Below are positions 7,906 to 18,687 of a stretch of 35,747 nucleotides of DNA, piece after piece (within the stretch, counting starts at the first letter, position 1; each line of letters opens with the position of its first letter). The notes under the pieces were generated by a model. It worked only from the letters and a program-made list of their open reading frames with translations, was not told the origin of the DNA and searched no databases. The position numbers and the translations under genes are program-made. This stretch comes from an uncultured Candidatus Peribacteria bacterium. Its GTDB lineage: Bacteria > Patescibacteriota > Gracilibacteria > UBA1369 > 2-02-FULL-48-14. The DNA is taken from contig CAYHTG010000004.1 in the NCBI GenBank assembly GCA_964359495.1, positions 1 to 35,747 on the forward strand. The letters are read 5' to 3'.

Positions 7906-8738
7906 TGTCAGCTGAAGCGGAAAGTGGCGGTGGAGGCGGTCACAGTGTGGCGTTAGCTCCCGAACATGTGCTTGAAATCGGTGAGTTTGCTGTCCCCAAT
8001 ACCGTAACGGCAACCTTATTCGTGAGTTTTTTGATCCTTGTGTTTGCTCTTTTGGTTCGCCGAAAGGCGGGAGTGATTCCTTCACGCATGCAAGTTCTTT
8101 TTGAAAGTATATTCACTTTCTTTTTAGATAAATTGGAAGAAGGGGTGGGAGAGGTAAGGGCTCGTAAGCTCGCTCCGCTCGTGGTGACTTTGTTTTTATT
8201 CATTCTCGTTTCGAATCAGCTCATTTTGATTCCTTTTGTTGGAAGCATTGTTTCTGAAGACGGCGTTTTCTTTCGAACGCCCACCACCGATTACAGTGCG
8301 ACCATTGCTTTGGCGCTGATGGTGATTGTCCTTTCTCATGTTTTGGCCCTGTTTGTTTCGCCGCTGGGACACATTGGGAATTACATTCGGGTGGGCGGTT
8401 TCATTGATATTCTTCGAGGGAAAAGGGCGCTGGGTGATTTGCTCATTGTTTTCATTGAATTTTTCTTAGGGCTTTTGGAGATCGTTGGGGATATGGGAAA
8501 AATTGTTTCCCTGGCTACTCGTTTGTTTGGGAATATTTTTGCCGGAGAAGCCGTGCTTATTATTATCTCGGGTCTAATGTTCCTCACTCAATTTTTTGTA
8601 CCCATTCCGTTTATTGCCCTCGCCGCTTTCGCTGGACTCATTCAGGCTTTCGTGTTTTCCTTGCTCACGATTTTGTTTATTTCAAATAATATCGTTCACG
8701 CCAGTCACCACTCGGCGGAGCCGAGCCACTCAAAATAA
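7905..8738 (+). CDS. atpB: F0F1 ATP synthase subunit a
   Basis: PSRMQ, FILVSNQL, RTPTTD, SLATRLFGNIFAGE (essential Arg) and LIQAFVF. Confidence 0.97.
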   Translation: MSAEAESGGGGGHSVALAPEHVLEIGEFAVPNTVTATLFVSFLILVFALLVRRKAGVIPSRMQVLFESIFTFFLDKLEEGVGEVRARKLAPLVVTLFLFILVSNQLILIPFVGSIVSEDGVFFRTPTTDYSATIALALMVIVLSHVLALFVSPLGHIGNYIRVGGFIDILRGKRALGDLLIVFIEFFLGLLEIVGDMGKIVSLATRLFGNIFAGEAVLIIISGLMFLTQFFVPIPFIALAAFAGLIQAFVFSLLTILFISNNIVHASHHSAEPSHSK

Positions 8739-8783
8739 AAACTTTCCTTCGTTCGTCCATTTATTTCTTTTAACCCAAATTGT

Positions 8784-9020
8784 ATGGATGCTGAAACTAT
8801 GAAATTGCTCGCCGCCGCGCTCAGTATTGGTCTCGGTGTTGCCGGTCCCGCTATTGGAGAAGGTATGATTGCCGCCAAAACCATGGAGGCCGTTAGCCGC
8901 AATCCCGAAATGAGCGGAAAAATGTTCACCAACATGATCATTGGTATGGCCTTCGTTGAATCCCTGGCCATTTACTGTTTCGTGATTGCGTTGATGATCT
9001 TGTTAGGTATCGGTTCGTAG
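8784..9020 (+). CDS. atpE: F0F1 ATP synthase subunit c
   Basis: Helical hairpin with an RNPE loop, GxGxxGPAIGEG and VESLAIY. Confidence 0.98.
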   Translation: MDAETMKLLAAALSIGLGVAGPAIGEGMIAAKTMEAVSRNPEMSGKMFTNMIIGMAFVESLAIYCFVIALMILLGIGS

Positions 9021-9054
9021 GCGAGGCCGGAGCGTTTCTTAAAAATAACACTTT

Positions 9055-9573
9055 ATGGAAGGACTATCTAAACTTGGTATCGACCTATGGAGTATCCTCA
9101 TTTACATCCTCAATACGGGGCTGCTGCTTTTCGTGCTTACTTACGTTCTTTATAAGCCGATTTTGAAGTTTTTGGATGAACGACGTGCGCAAATTAAAAG
9201 CAGCGTCGATGAAGCGCAAAATCTTAAAGTGGAGCTCGATAAGAAATCGATAGAATTGGAAGAGGCGAGCGAAAAAGCCTCAGCTCAGTTGAAAAAAGAG
9301 ATGGAGAATTTACGTAAATTCTCCGAAGAAAAGCGGGCGGAACTCACGACCGAAATGGAGAAAGCTCGCAGCACGATGCTCGCTAAAGCGGAAGAAGATA
9401 TCAGCCGTCGGAAGGCTGAAATTTTAAAGGATGCCGAGGGTGATACGCTGGCGCTTATTCAGAAAATTGTTCTTTACGTGGTGCAGAATAAAGTGCCTGC
9501 CGATGTTGTGGAAGACAGTATTAAATCGGCTTGGCGCAGCACGGCACGAAGCGCAGAATCTAAAAAAGACTAA
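9055..9573 (+). CDS. atpF: F0F1 ATP synthase subunit b
   Basis: N-terminal TM helix, LYKPILKFLDERR, long coiled coil and operon position. Confidence 0.95.
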   Translation: MEGLSKLGIDLWSILIYILNTGLLLFVLTYVLYKPILKFLDERRAQIKSSVDEAQNLKVELDKKSIELEEASEKASAQLKKEMENLRKFSEEKRAELTTEMEKARSTMLAKAEEDISRRKAEILKDAEGDTLALIQKIVLYVVQNKVPADVVEDSIKSAWRSTARSAESKKD

Positions 9574-9575
9574 TC

Positions 9576-10256
9576 ATGTTCAATTCTTTTCTCAGCGCGC
9601 TGCTCTACGAAATTCTCAGCTTCTTAGTGAAGCATGGAGATTACTTTGAACTTGCCGAGAAAACTCGCGAAGAAAAAATGGGCAGCTTCAAGGCGCCCTC
9701 CGTTTTCAAAAAATATTTAATCGAAGTTTCCGGCGCGCATTTCTTGAAGGATTTGCATTTGGTGCTGGAGGTCATCAATGGGGCGGACATGAACGGCCTT
9801 TCGTTGAAACATAGTGTATTCTTTCACGCTTTGCTTGAGTTTTTCTCCGATAGTTTCACGACCAAATTGGATCAACTCGATGCACGGTTTTACTTGCTGC
9901 CTTACGAAGATCGGGTTAAAAAAGCTCGTGAACTTTTGGACAGCGAGAGCCGAGTAGCGGGAGCGTTGCGCGAACTGCTTGTTGGGAACTCTTACCAAGA
10001 ACTGGCCGAGGCATTTGAGCAGCTCAGTAAATGTGTGGCGGACGCCGGGACTATAATGGTTCAAAGCCCACGAGATATTCCTGCGGAGCTCAAAAAAGAA
10101 ATGCGCAAAGAGCTGAGCGAAAAGCATCCTCACAGTTTTCCCGTTTTTCAAATCAACCGTCAGCTCATTGGAGGTTTCCGTGTTTTTGTGAATGGGAAAT
10201 CGACAGACCTTTCTTGGTTCTCTAAAGTTCAGAAGCTACTCGCCTTCAGTCATTAA
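9576..10256 (+). CDS. atpH: F0F1 ATP synthase subunit delta-like protein (divergent, extended N-terminus)
   Basis: Located between atpF and atpA. The C-terminus VQSPRD...FQINRQLIGGFRVFVNGKSTDLSW matches the OSCP/delta tail (LIGG...D.S). Confidence 0.78.
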   Translation: MFNSFLSALLYEILSFLVKHGDYFELAEKTREEKMGSFKAPSVFKKYLIEVSGAHFLKDLHLVLEVINGADMNGLSLKHSVFFHALLEFFSDSFTTKLDQLDARFYLLPYEDRVKKARELLDSESRVAGALRELLVGNSYQELAEAFEQLSKCVADAGTIMVQSPRDIPAELKKEMRKELSEKHPHSFPVFQINRQLIGGFRVFVNGKSTDLSWFSKVQKLLAFSH

Positions 10257-10274
10257 TTTATTTATTTTTAAACT

Positions 10275-11780
10275 ATGCCCAAAGAATCTTTACATAATTT
10301 CCTGGCCAAAATTGAAACGGCTATTGCGGCCGAACAAGAGTCTGCTGAGACGGGAGGGGGCCATGGGATCATTCAGTCCTACAAAGACGGAGTCATTTGG
10401 ATTAAAGGACTTTCAGGTCTCAAAATGAATGAAGTTGTTGAAATTGAAGGCGTGAATGTACAAGCCCTTGTGATGAACCTCGAAAAAGATTCCGCCTACG
10501 CCTTGGTGCTTCAAGCGAACCGAGGAGTGCGCGAAGGACTTTTCGTGAAAGCAACGGGGCAATTTATGTCCCTTCCCGTGAGTGAAGACATGATGGGCCG
10601 CGTGGTGGATGCTCTTGGAAATCCGCTTGATGGACAAGCCGAGATTAAAGGTGGAAAGCGTATGACGCATGAGGCCGTAGCTCCTTCCGTGATGGTTCGA
10701 AAATCCGTGCATCAGCCGGTGCAAACGGGAATTGTGGCCATTGATTCGCTCATCCCCATTGGACGTGGACAACGCGAGCTCATCATTGGAGACCGACAAA
10801 CGGGAAAAACGACCATCGCTATCGACACCATCCTCAATCAAAAGGATCAGAATATGATTTGTGTTTATGTGGCCATTGCTCAACGAGAATCCAAGACCGC
10901 TCAAGTGGTGGAAACTTTGAAGCGATTTGGCGCCATGGACTACACCATTGTGGTTTCCGCTCCGGCCGCATCTTCCTCCGTCATGCAATATCTGGCCCCT
11001 TATGCCGGTTGCGCGGTGGGGGAATATTTCATGGCGAAAGGGAAGGATGTTTTGGTCATTTACGATGATCTTTCCAAGCACGCTGTGGCTTACCGTGAGA
11101 TGTCTTTGCTGCTTCGCCGTCCCCCCGGACGTGAAGCTTATCCGGGAGATGTGTTCTATCTCCATTCCCGTCTTTTGGAGAGGGCTGCGAAAATGAATGA
11201 TGAAAACGGAGGAGGAAGTCTCACGGCTTTGCCCATTATTGAGACCCAAGCGGCGGACGTTTCCGCCTACATTCCTACGAACGTCATTTCCATTACCGAC
11301 GGACAAATTTTCTTGGAACCTCAGCTTTTCAATAAAGGAATTCGGCCTGCCATTAACGTGGGTATTTCCGTTTCTCGTGTGGGAGGTGCCGCTCAAACGA
11401 AGATCATAAAAAAGGTCTCCGGTTCGGTGAAATTGGATTTAGCTCAGTACTACGAACTCGAAGCTTTCTCTCAATTCGCCTCCGAACTCGATGCCGCAAC
11501 AAAGGCTCAGCTCACGCGTGGAAAACGTGTGGTGGAAGCCCTGAAGCAGGGACAAAATCAACCATACAAATTGTGGCAAGAGGCCCTCGTACTTTTTTGT
11601 GCGACCAAGGGCTATCTCGATAAAATTGAAGCGGAAGACGTGGCTTCAAAAATGAAGTCCTTGTTCGCTTTGGTGGAGACCAGTCATGAGGATTTGGTGA
11701 AAGATATTGAAAGCAAAAAGGAACTCACGGCTGAAATTGAAAATGGTATTAAATCAGTGGTTGAAAAGTTTTTTAACTAA
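10275..11780 (+). CDS. atpA: F0F1 ATP synthase subunit alpha
   Basis: [40 protein letters not shown] and [11 protein letters not shown]. Confidence 0.99.
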   Translation: MPKESLHNFLAKIETAIAAEQESAETGGGHGIIQSYKDGVIWIKGLSGLKMNEVVEIEGVNVQALVMNLEKDSAYALVLQANRGVREGLFVKATGQFMSLPVSEDMMGRVVDALGNPLDGQAEIKGGKRMTHEAVAPSVMVRKSVHQPVQTGIVAIDSLIPIGRGQRELIIGDRQTGKTTIAIDTILNQKDQNMICVYVAIAQRESKTAQVVETLKRFGAMDYTIVVSAPAASSSVMQYLAPYAGCAVGEYFMAKGKDVLVIYDDLSKHAVAYREMSLLLRRPPGREAYPGDVFYLHSRLLERAAKMNDENGGGSLTALPIIETQAADVSAYIPTNVISITDGQIFLEPQLFNKGIRPAINVGISVSRVGGAAQTKIIKKVSGSVKLDLAQYYELEAFSQFASELDAATKAQLTRGKRVVEALKQGQNQPYKLWQEALVLFCATKGYLDKIEAEDVASKMKSLFALVETSHEDLVKDIESKKELTAEIENGIKSVVEKFFN

Positions 11781-11785
11781 TAAAC

Positions 11786-12700
11786 GTGGCAGGCTCACTT
11801 CTCGAAATTCGCAAAAAAATAAGCAGCGTGAAAAACACGCGCAAAATAACCAAAGCCATGCAACTTGTGGCGGCGAGTAAAATGCGCCAATTTCAAAAGC
11901 GAGCGGTGACCGCCAGACGGTACGTCTGGGATCTTATTGATCTTTTGGAGGCCAACATTCATGTGACGAGCCTATACACCGAGCGGCGCGAAAAAGGGGA
12001 AGTGCTCTTTGTTCTCTACACTTCGGACAAGGGTCTCTGTGGTCCACTCAACACCAAGCTTATCAACGGACTGTTCCGCAGCGAACGATGGAATGCACTG
12101 AGTGAAAGCCAACGGATGCTGATTACGCTCGGTAAGAAAGGTTATGACTTTGCGCGAAACAACGACATACACGTGGACAAACATTTCATTGGAGTGCCCG
12201 AAAAAATGAACACTGTTGAAGCGATTAAACTCGTGGATGAAATTTTGGATTTCTGGCGCAGCAGCGCGGCCAAGGAAATTATTCTTGTGGCACCGCACTA
12301 CAAAAATTCCTTCACATTCTACCCCGTACTCAAAACGTTCTTGCCTTTTAGTCGTGAGATGATTGCAAGTAACATCGGCACGGAAGAAAATAAACATCAC
12401 ACTGCACGAAGTGCAGCTTATAAAAAGGGAGCCGGCGAGGGTTTAATGATTTATGAACCCAACAAAGAATTAGTGGTCAGTCGTCTTCATGAGCAAGTGG
12501 TGACTTCTCTTTTTCTTGCCTCCTTCTTGGAACTTAAGGCCAGCGAGTATTCCAGCCGAATGATGGCCATGCAAAGTGCCACCGATGCCGCCGACAAAAT
12601 TACGAATGAACTTTCTCTTCAATACAACAAAGCTCGTCAGCAAGCCATCACGCAAGAAATTGCGGAGTTGGTGGGCGCGAGTGCCGCTATTTCCTCTTAA
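11786..12700 (+). CDS. atpG: F0F1 ATP synthase subunit gamma (GTG start)
   Basis: KITKAMQLVAASK, TSDKGLCG, SE..SRMMAM..ATD and NKARQQAITQEIAE. Confidence 0.98.
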   Translation: MAGSLLEIRKKISSVKNTRKITKAMQLVAASKMRQFQKRAVTARRYVWDLIDLLEANIHVTSLYTERREKGEVLFVLYTSDKGLCGPLNTKLINGLFRSERWNALSESQRMLITLGKKGYDFARNNDIHVDKHFIGVPEKMNTVEAIKLVDEILDFWRSSAAKEIILVAPHYKNSFTFYPVLKTFLPFSREMIASNIGTEENKHHTARSAAYKKGAGEGLMIYEPNKELVVSRLHEQVVTSLFLASFLELKASEYSSRMMAMQSATDAADKITNELSLQYNKARQQAITQEIAELVGASAAISS

Positions 12701-14119
<1,419 letters not shown>

Positions 14120-14121
14120 CT

Positions 14122-14526
14122 ATGAGCACATTTCAACTCACCATTCGCACTCCCGATAAAGACGTCTACAGCGGCAGTATAAACTCTGTGAGTTTTCATG
14201 CCGAGGATGGGCAGGTTCAGGTGCTCGCGCATCATGCGAGTTACATGGCAACCATTCAGTTTTCCACTGTGAAAGTGGAGGGCGAGGCCGGCGGCGCTAC
14301 GTACTTGGCACGCAACGGGTTTTTCTACTTCGATCATAAGAAGAACGAAGCACTCATGCTCTGCCTCTATTGTGAAGAGCAGTCGGAAGTAAGCTACCAA
14401 ACAGTGGAGGAATATTTACGCTTCTTGACCAGCGAACTTGAAAAAGGCGATCTTAGCGACTTCCGGGTTTTATCCTTGAAGGGAGAGAAGCTTGCCGTGG
14501 AGAAACAAGTGAAGACTAAGAAATAG
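14122..14526 (+). CDS. atpC: F0F1 ATP synthase subunit epsilon
   Basis: L.I.TPD..VYSG...V......GQVQVLAHH N-terminal beta-sandwich; last gene of the operon. Confidence 0.88.
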   Translation: MSTFQLTIRTPDKDVYSGSINSVSFHAEDGQVQVLAHHASYMATIQFSTVKVEGEAGGATYLARNGFFYFDHKKNEALMLCLYCEEQSEVSYQTVEEYLRFLTSELEKGDLSDFRVLSLKGEKLAVEKQVKTKK

Positions 14527-14533
14527 ACTTCAT

Positions 14534-15247
14534 TTATCGAAAAGATTTCCAGATGGTGAGCAGAGTTCGGACAAAAGCTACATTCTCTTCTACAGATGGA
14601 TGGGCTAAGTTTTTTGGACTTGTGAGCCCGGAGCCGCGGAGTATTGTTCTGTTTACTTTCCAAAAATTTTCAACCAAAGTCGCATCATTCGGAAGACCGG
14701 GGAGATGGACAAAAAGGGAATGCGCTCCAAGACACTGATCATTTAAGTAGCCCACCATGTTGCAAACATACCTTCCCGCATTTGTACCGTAAGATATTTC
14801 CGGATACGACTCTCGCATCTGTGAAGTGAGTGCCTCTAAGTCACCGCGCGCTTTTATTACGGTATCTTTCGGTTGCTGAGTATCAAACGCAATGGAATCA
14901 ATGCCTTGGTTTTGTAGCGTATTCGTAAAGAAACCTTCCAACACCGGCCCTCTTTGCATCAGGCTACCCTGTCCCAGGCTAAGCATCACATCTTCAGGAT
15001 TCACTTTTGCGTACAGTTGAGAGAGCGCACTTTTAGTGATGTGTTGAATGACAAGCAGATCATGTCCATTCGGAACAGGTAAAAGAGCAGTTTGCACATC
15101 TCCCACACCGGCGCATTTGGCCAGCTCACGCTGTAGATTTCCATCACCCCTTATCCTATCCACCAGCAGTCGAGAAGGGTTAGGAATGGGTCCGGTACTC
15201 GTCAGGACGGCCCAATCTTCAAAACCGGTGATATGCAAAGTATTCAT
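14534..15247 (-). CDS. Pyroglutamyl-peptidase I (peptidase C15) family protein, divergent
   Basis: ITGFE..., NPS, LPV, EGFFTN (candidate catalytic Glu), AGRYVCN (Cys) and FVHLP (His). Confidence 0.8.
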   Translation of the reverse strand: MNTLHITGFEDWAVLTSTGPIPNPSRLLVDRIRGDGNLQRELAKCAGVGDVQTALLPVPNGHDLLVIQHITKSALSQLYAKVNPEDVMLSLGQGSLMQRGPVLEGFFTNTLQNQGIDSIAFDTQQPKDTVIKARGDLEALTSQMRESYPEISYGTNAGRYVCNMVGYLNDQCLGAHSLFVHLPGLPNDATLVENFWKVNRTILRGSGLTSPKNLAHPSVEENVAFVRTLLTIWKSFR

Positions 15248-15266
15248 AACTTCACTCGAAGTAGTT

Positions 15267-15294
15267 ATTCTGCCATTCTGCTGGCATATGTCAA
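15267..15294 (-). promoter_or_regulatory. Putative promoter of the peptidase gene
   Basis: TTGACA-16 bp-CAGAAT with a TG extension. The TGA inside TTGACA is the stop codon of the upstream pyrD. Confidence 0.5.
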
Positions 15295-16382
15295 GCCTTT
15301 TGTCCTACCGCCTCGGAAATTGAGGTGTAACCATCTGCTTTCAGAAGTTGTACCAGACCCAGATTTATTTCGCTGACTACTTGCGGGCCTTCATAAATCA
15401 TGCCTGTGATGAGTTGAATAAGGCTGGCACCCAGGCGAATTTTTTCGTAAGCGTCTTCTGCGGAAAACACACCGCCACTTCCAACAATGGTCATTTCCCC
15501 TTTGGTTTTTTTATAAAGTTGCGCAATGAGAACGTTTGCTTTTTTTTCGACAAATTTTCCACTCATGCCGCCCTTCCCATAAGAATGTTGTTTTGTTAGG
15601 TTGCTGGCTATAAAACCATGTACTCGATGTTGCCTTGTGACTGTAAGAATGGAGTCGATTTGTTTTTCAGAAAGATCGGGAGGAAGTTTTAGGAATATAG
15701 GTTTTTTTGTGTAAATTTTATCGAGCTCCGTAAGTAGCGCATCGAGTTTTTTCGGATCAGTAAAAGGCTCTCCCCCAAAGGCATTTGGGCAACTGATGTT
15801 GACAGTAAAGTAGTCGCCGATTTCCAAAAAAGCTTTAAATGTTTCCAAATAATCCGCTACGCCTATCTCTGTATTACAGGTTTGAGGTGAATTGGTTTTC
15901 GCGATCGAAATCCCAACAGGAAAACGAAAATGTTTTTTTTGAAGTCTGGCCGCTACTTTTTTCGCGCCTTCACTTTTAAGACCGATGTATACGCGGATAC
16001 TTTTTCTGTCAGGATGACGCCATAATCTGGTTCCCGGATTTCCTTCACAGGGCTTGGCCGTAATTGAACCAATCTCTTCAAATCCAAAACCGATTGTTGG
16101 AAGAATATCGGTGAGGTACCCATCTTTATCAAAGCCCGCAGAAAGTCCGACGGGATTTTTAAAAGTGATTCCATGAATTTTTTGTTCAAGCATGGGATTG
16201 GAGTAGTTGAATAAAAGTGCTGAAAGGGACCGAGTCAAGGGACTTAAGCCCAGAATAAGTCCCAATCGGACGCAAGTGTTATGAACTTTTTCGGGATCAA
16301 AACAGAAAAAGAGGCGTTTATAAAAATGGACATAGAAAAAATGAAGCGTTTGATTCCGAATTTTAATTAAAGTATCCTTCAT
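15291..16382 (-). CDS. pyrD: Dihydroorotate dehydrogenase, class 2 (quinone-type architecture)
   Basis: N-terminal DPEKVH helix region, NPVGLSAGFDK, GFEEIGSIT.KP..GNP..RL, NISCPN, GGMSG and GASLIQL.TGMIYEGP. Confidence 0.93.
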   Translation of the reverse strand: MKDTLIKIRNQTLHFFYVHFYKRLFFCFDPEKVHNTCVRLGLILGLSPLTRSLSALLFNYSNPMLEQKIHGITFKNPVGLSAGFDKDGYLTDILPTIGFGFEEIGSITAKPCEGNPGTRLWRHPDRKSIRVYIGLKSEGAKKVAARLQKKHFRFPVGISIAKTNSPQTCNTEIGVADYLETFKAFLEIGDYFTVNISCPNAFGGEPFTDPKKLDALLTELDKIYTKKPIFLKLPPDLSEKQIDSILTVTRQHRVHGFIASNLTKQHSYGKGGMSGKFVEKKANVLIAQLYKKTKGEMTIVGSGGVFSAEDAYEKIRLGASLIQLITGMIYEGPQVVSEINLGLVQLLKADGYTSISEAVGQKA

Positions 16383-18669
16383 ATTCTTTTACACGAGGGT
16401 CTAAAATCAAGATTTTCTTTTCTTCCCAGTGGTTTCCCAGAAAAGTGCTTAGGATGTTTTGGTAGCGGAGGCTGGCTTGGGGAAGGGTGAAATCTTTGTA
16501 GGGGTCTTTGTAGTGAGCACTGCGTCCGTGCTGTATTGGGTCGGCGGGGCTGGCAAAAGGAAGACGGTGCAAGGCGAGAAGTTTGAGTGAAATGCCTTCC
16601 TCAAGCAAAAGCCCCATGAGGGTTTCATTGCCGACGAAGAAATTTTTGCCGTCGGTTTTCTCGGCCATTTTTGTGATTTTCCCCATGCCGCCACTGAGGT
16701 TTTGCACAAAGAGAGTGAGTCCCAAAGCTTTAATGGGCTTCGCGAATTTGTAGAAAAATTGTTCGCCCACAGCCATGGAGTTTACCAGCAGAAGTACGTT
16801 GCCCTCGGCACCCGGCAACCATTCTTTAAGCTCATGCACGACTTCTTCCAGATTTTGAACATCCTTCGGACTTCTGATTGGGTTCTTGGGATAGTAGAGG
16901 GGAAGGGGAACAATTTCTTTCTTTGAAACAGCCACCAGATCGCCCGGGAGCCCCAGTTCTTTTTTGAGGAATTTAAAATCGTCACCAAGGTCGCCATGGT
17001 GGCAAAACAAGTGAAGATTTTGGAGGTCCTTCCACACTCTCTCCGAAAAAAGTTGCGAAGGATTGTCCGGAAAAGCATGTACAATGGGCTGCTCTTCCTT
17101 GCTTAGAGTGAGCCACAAAATGGGGCTGCCCATGCGTAACATTTTGGTGAGGTAGTTGAGGTAGCGGCTTAATTCTTGGAGGGTGGGGGTGTTTTTGCAG
17201 TTTTCGCCAAGTGCCGCGGCGGCCGCTTCAATGGATTCTGCCGAGCCCTTCACTTTGCTCCATTCCGGGGCATTCAAATGATGAGCCTCTACCGTTAGCG
17301 TGTGATGAGGGTCGTTGGACTCGCCCTCTTTTTTAATAAACATCCCCAGAAAGCCAAATAAAATGGAAACTTTTGCGGCCAGTTGGTCGATGATGGGGTC
17401 CAGGGTTGGATTTTCTTTTTGAAGCCGATATAGATCTTGTAAGAAACGACTTTCGCTCAGACGGATGTGCCAAGCTTCCTCCATGTTTTTCACGAACTGC
17501 TCCACGCCGCCCACAATGGTGTGGGGCGGTAAGGAGAGGAGTGGATCTTTGCGACTTCGGTCTTTAAGAAAAGTGATGTTGCTCACGGCCATGACTTTTT
17601 TCTTTTGGGCGCTGAGTTCGGCGAGGTGGTAAAAAGAGGGACTTTCTATTTTTAAGCTCTCCCTTACGGTCGAGTAACAACAAATGTCATACCACATTTC
17701 TTTCTCTTCCTTTTGAAGGCGGATCTCCGATTTCTCACCGGTTTTCGTTTCTAGGAGCCAAAGTTGTAGCTTCACCGCAAGCAGCGTTTCAACGGAATTC
17801 AATCGTTCTTTTTCGATGAAAGCGCTGAAGCGTTGCTCATCCAAATATTGATTGGGATGTTTCAGCACGCCTAAATCTTTATGTGGTGAGAGAGACTCGG
17901 GATCTGGTAAAACCAAGAGGGCTTTTTCGCTCTGACCAAGGGCATAATCAAAAAGATCTTGAGCGGTATGGCTGCGTTCTTCCAGAAGGAAAGGGGTTTT
18001 GAGGCCACTCACAAGATCTTTCAGATTGGCATGGTGCTCGGCTTTCGCTGTACTTGGTTTTGGAGCCTCTTCTTTTATCAAACTTTTACCCTTTTCATTA
18101 AGAAGAGGTAGGAGGAAAGAGGCCCAGGGCCAGTCGCTTTTTTCGAGCAGAGGACGAATGGCGTCTTTTTCCTCTTTAGAGAGAGATTTTATATGTTCAC
18201 AAAATCGCCAAAAAAGTTCAATGTTGGCTTTTACGTCGTTCAGCGCACGGTGGGCGCCGGGCTGGGCAATGCCGAGTTTTCGAGTGAGAACCTCCAAGCT
18301 GTAGCTGGCTTCTTTGTGGAGGAAAGCTTGTGCGAGCTGGCAGGTGTCGAGTTGCACATTCTTCAAATCGAAGGCTTTTTCATTGAGAAAATTGCAATCA
18401 AAAAAAATAAAGTGGCCCATGATTGGGAATGCGGCGAGTTTTTCCAGGATGCTTTCTTTAAGGTCGGCAAGCTTAGGCGCGTCTTTCACCATTTCATTCG
18501 TGATTCCGGTGAGGTGAGCGGAAAAAGCGGGGATGGGCACGCCGGGGTTTACTAAACTCGACCATTCCTCCAGAATCTTCTCATGGTCAAAGCGCACAAT
18601 CGCGACTTCAATCACATGGTCATCTTTTGCACTGAGGCCGGTTGTTTCAAGGTCAAGACAAACGAACAT
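16363..18669 (-). CDS. DnaQ-like (DEDDh) 3'-5' exonuclease fused to a degenerate DinG-type helicase region
   Basis: DLETTG, HFIFFD and HRALND in the first ~160 aa. The C-terminus RLPFASPADP...DFTLPQA...ILILDPR is typical of the DinG Helicase_C_2 region. Confidence 0.88.
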   Translation of the reverse strand: MFVCLDLETTGLSAKDDHVIEVAIVRFDHEKILEEWSSLVNPGVPIPAFSAHLTGITNEMVKDAPKLADLKESILEKLAAFPIMGHFIFFDCNFLNEKAFDLKNVQLDTCQLAQAFLHKEASYSLEVLTRKLGIAQPGAHRALNDVKANIELFWRFCEHIKSLSKEEKDAIRPLLEKSDWPWASFLLPLLNEKGKSLIKEEAPKPSTAKAEHHANLKDLVSGLKTPFLLEERSHTAQDLFDYALGQSEKALLVLPDPESLSPHKDLGVLKHPNQYLDEQRFSAFIEKERLNSVETLLAVKLQLWLLETKTGEKSEIRLQKEEKEMWYDICCYSTVRESLKIESPSFYHLAELSAQKKKVMAVSNITFLKDRSRKDPLLSLPPHTIVGGVEQFVKNMEEAWHIRLSESRFLQDLYRLQKENPTLDPIIDQLAAKVSILFGFLGMFIKKEGESNDPHHTLTVEAHHLNAPEWSKVKGSAESIEAAAAALGENCKNTPTLQELSRYLNYLTKMLRMGSPILWLTLSKEEQPIVHAFPDNPSQLFSERVWKDLQNLHLFCHHGDLGDDFKFLKKELGLPGDLVAVSKKEIVPLPLYYPKNPIRSPKDVQNLEEVVHELKEWLPGAEGNVLLLVNSMAVGEQFFYKFAKPIKALGLTLFVQNLSGGMGKITKMAEKTDGKNFFVGNETLMGLLLEEGISLKLLALHRLPFASPADPIQHGRSAHYKDPYKDFTLPQASLRYQNILSTFLGNHWEEKKILILDPRVKEYEGYFN

Positions 18670-18687
18670 GCAGGCAGCTTACTCCGT

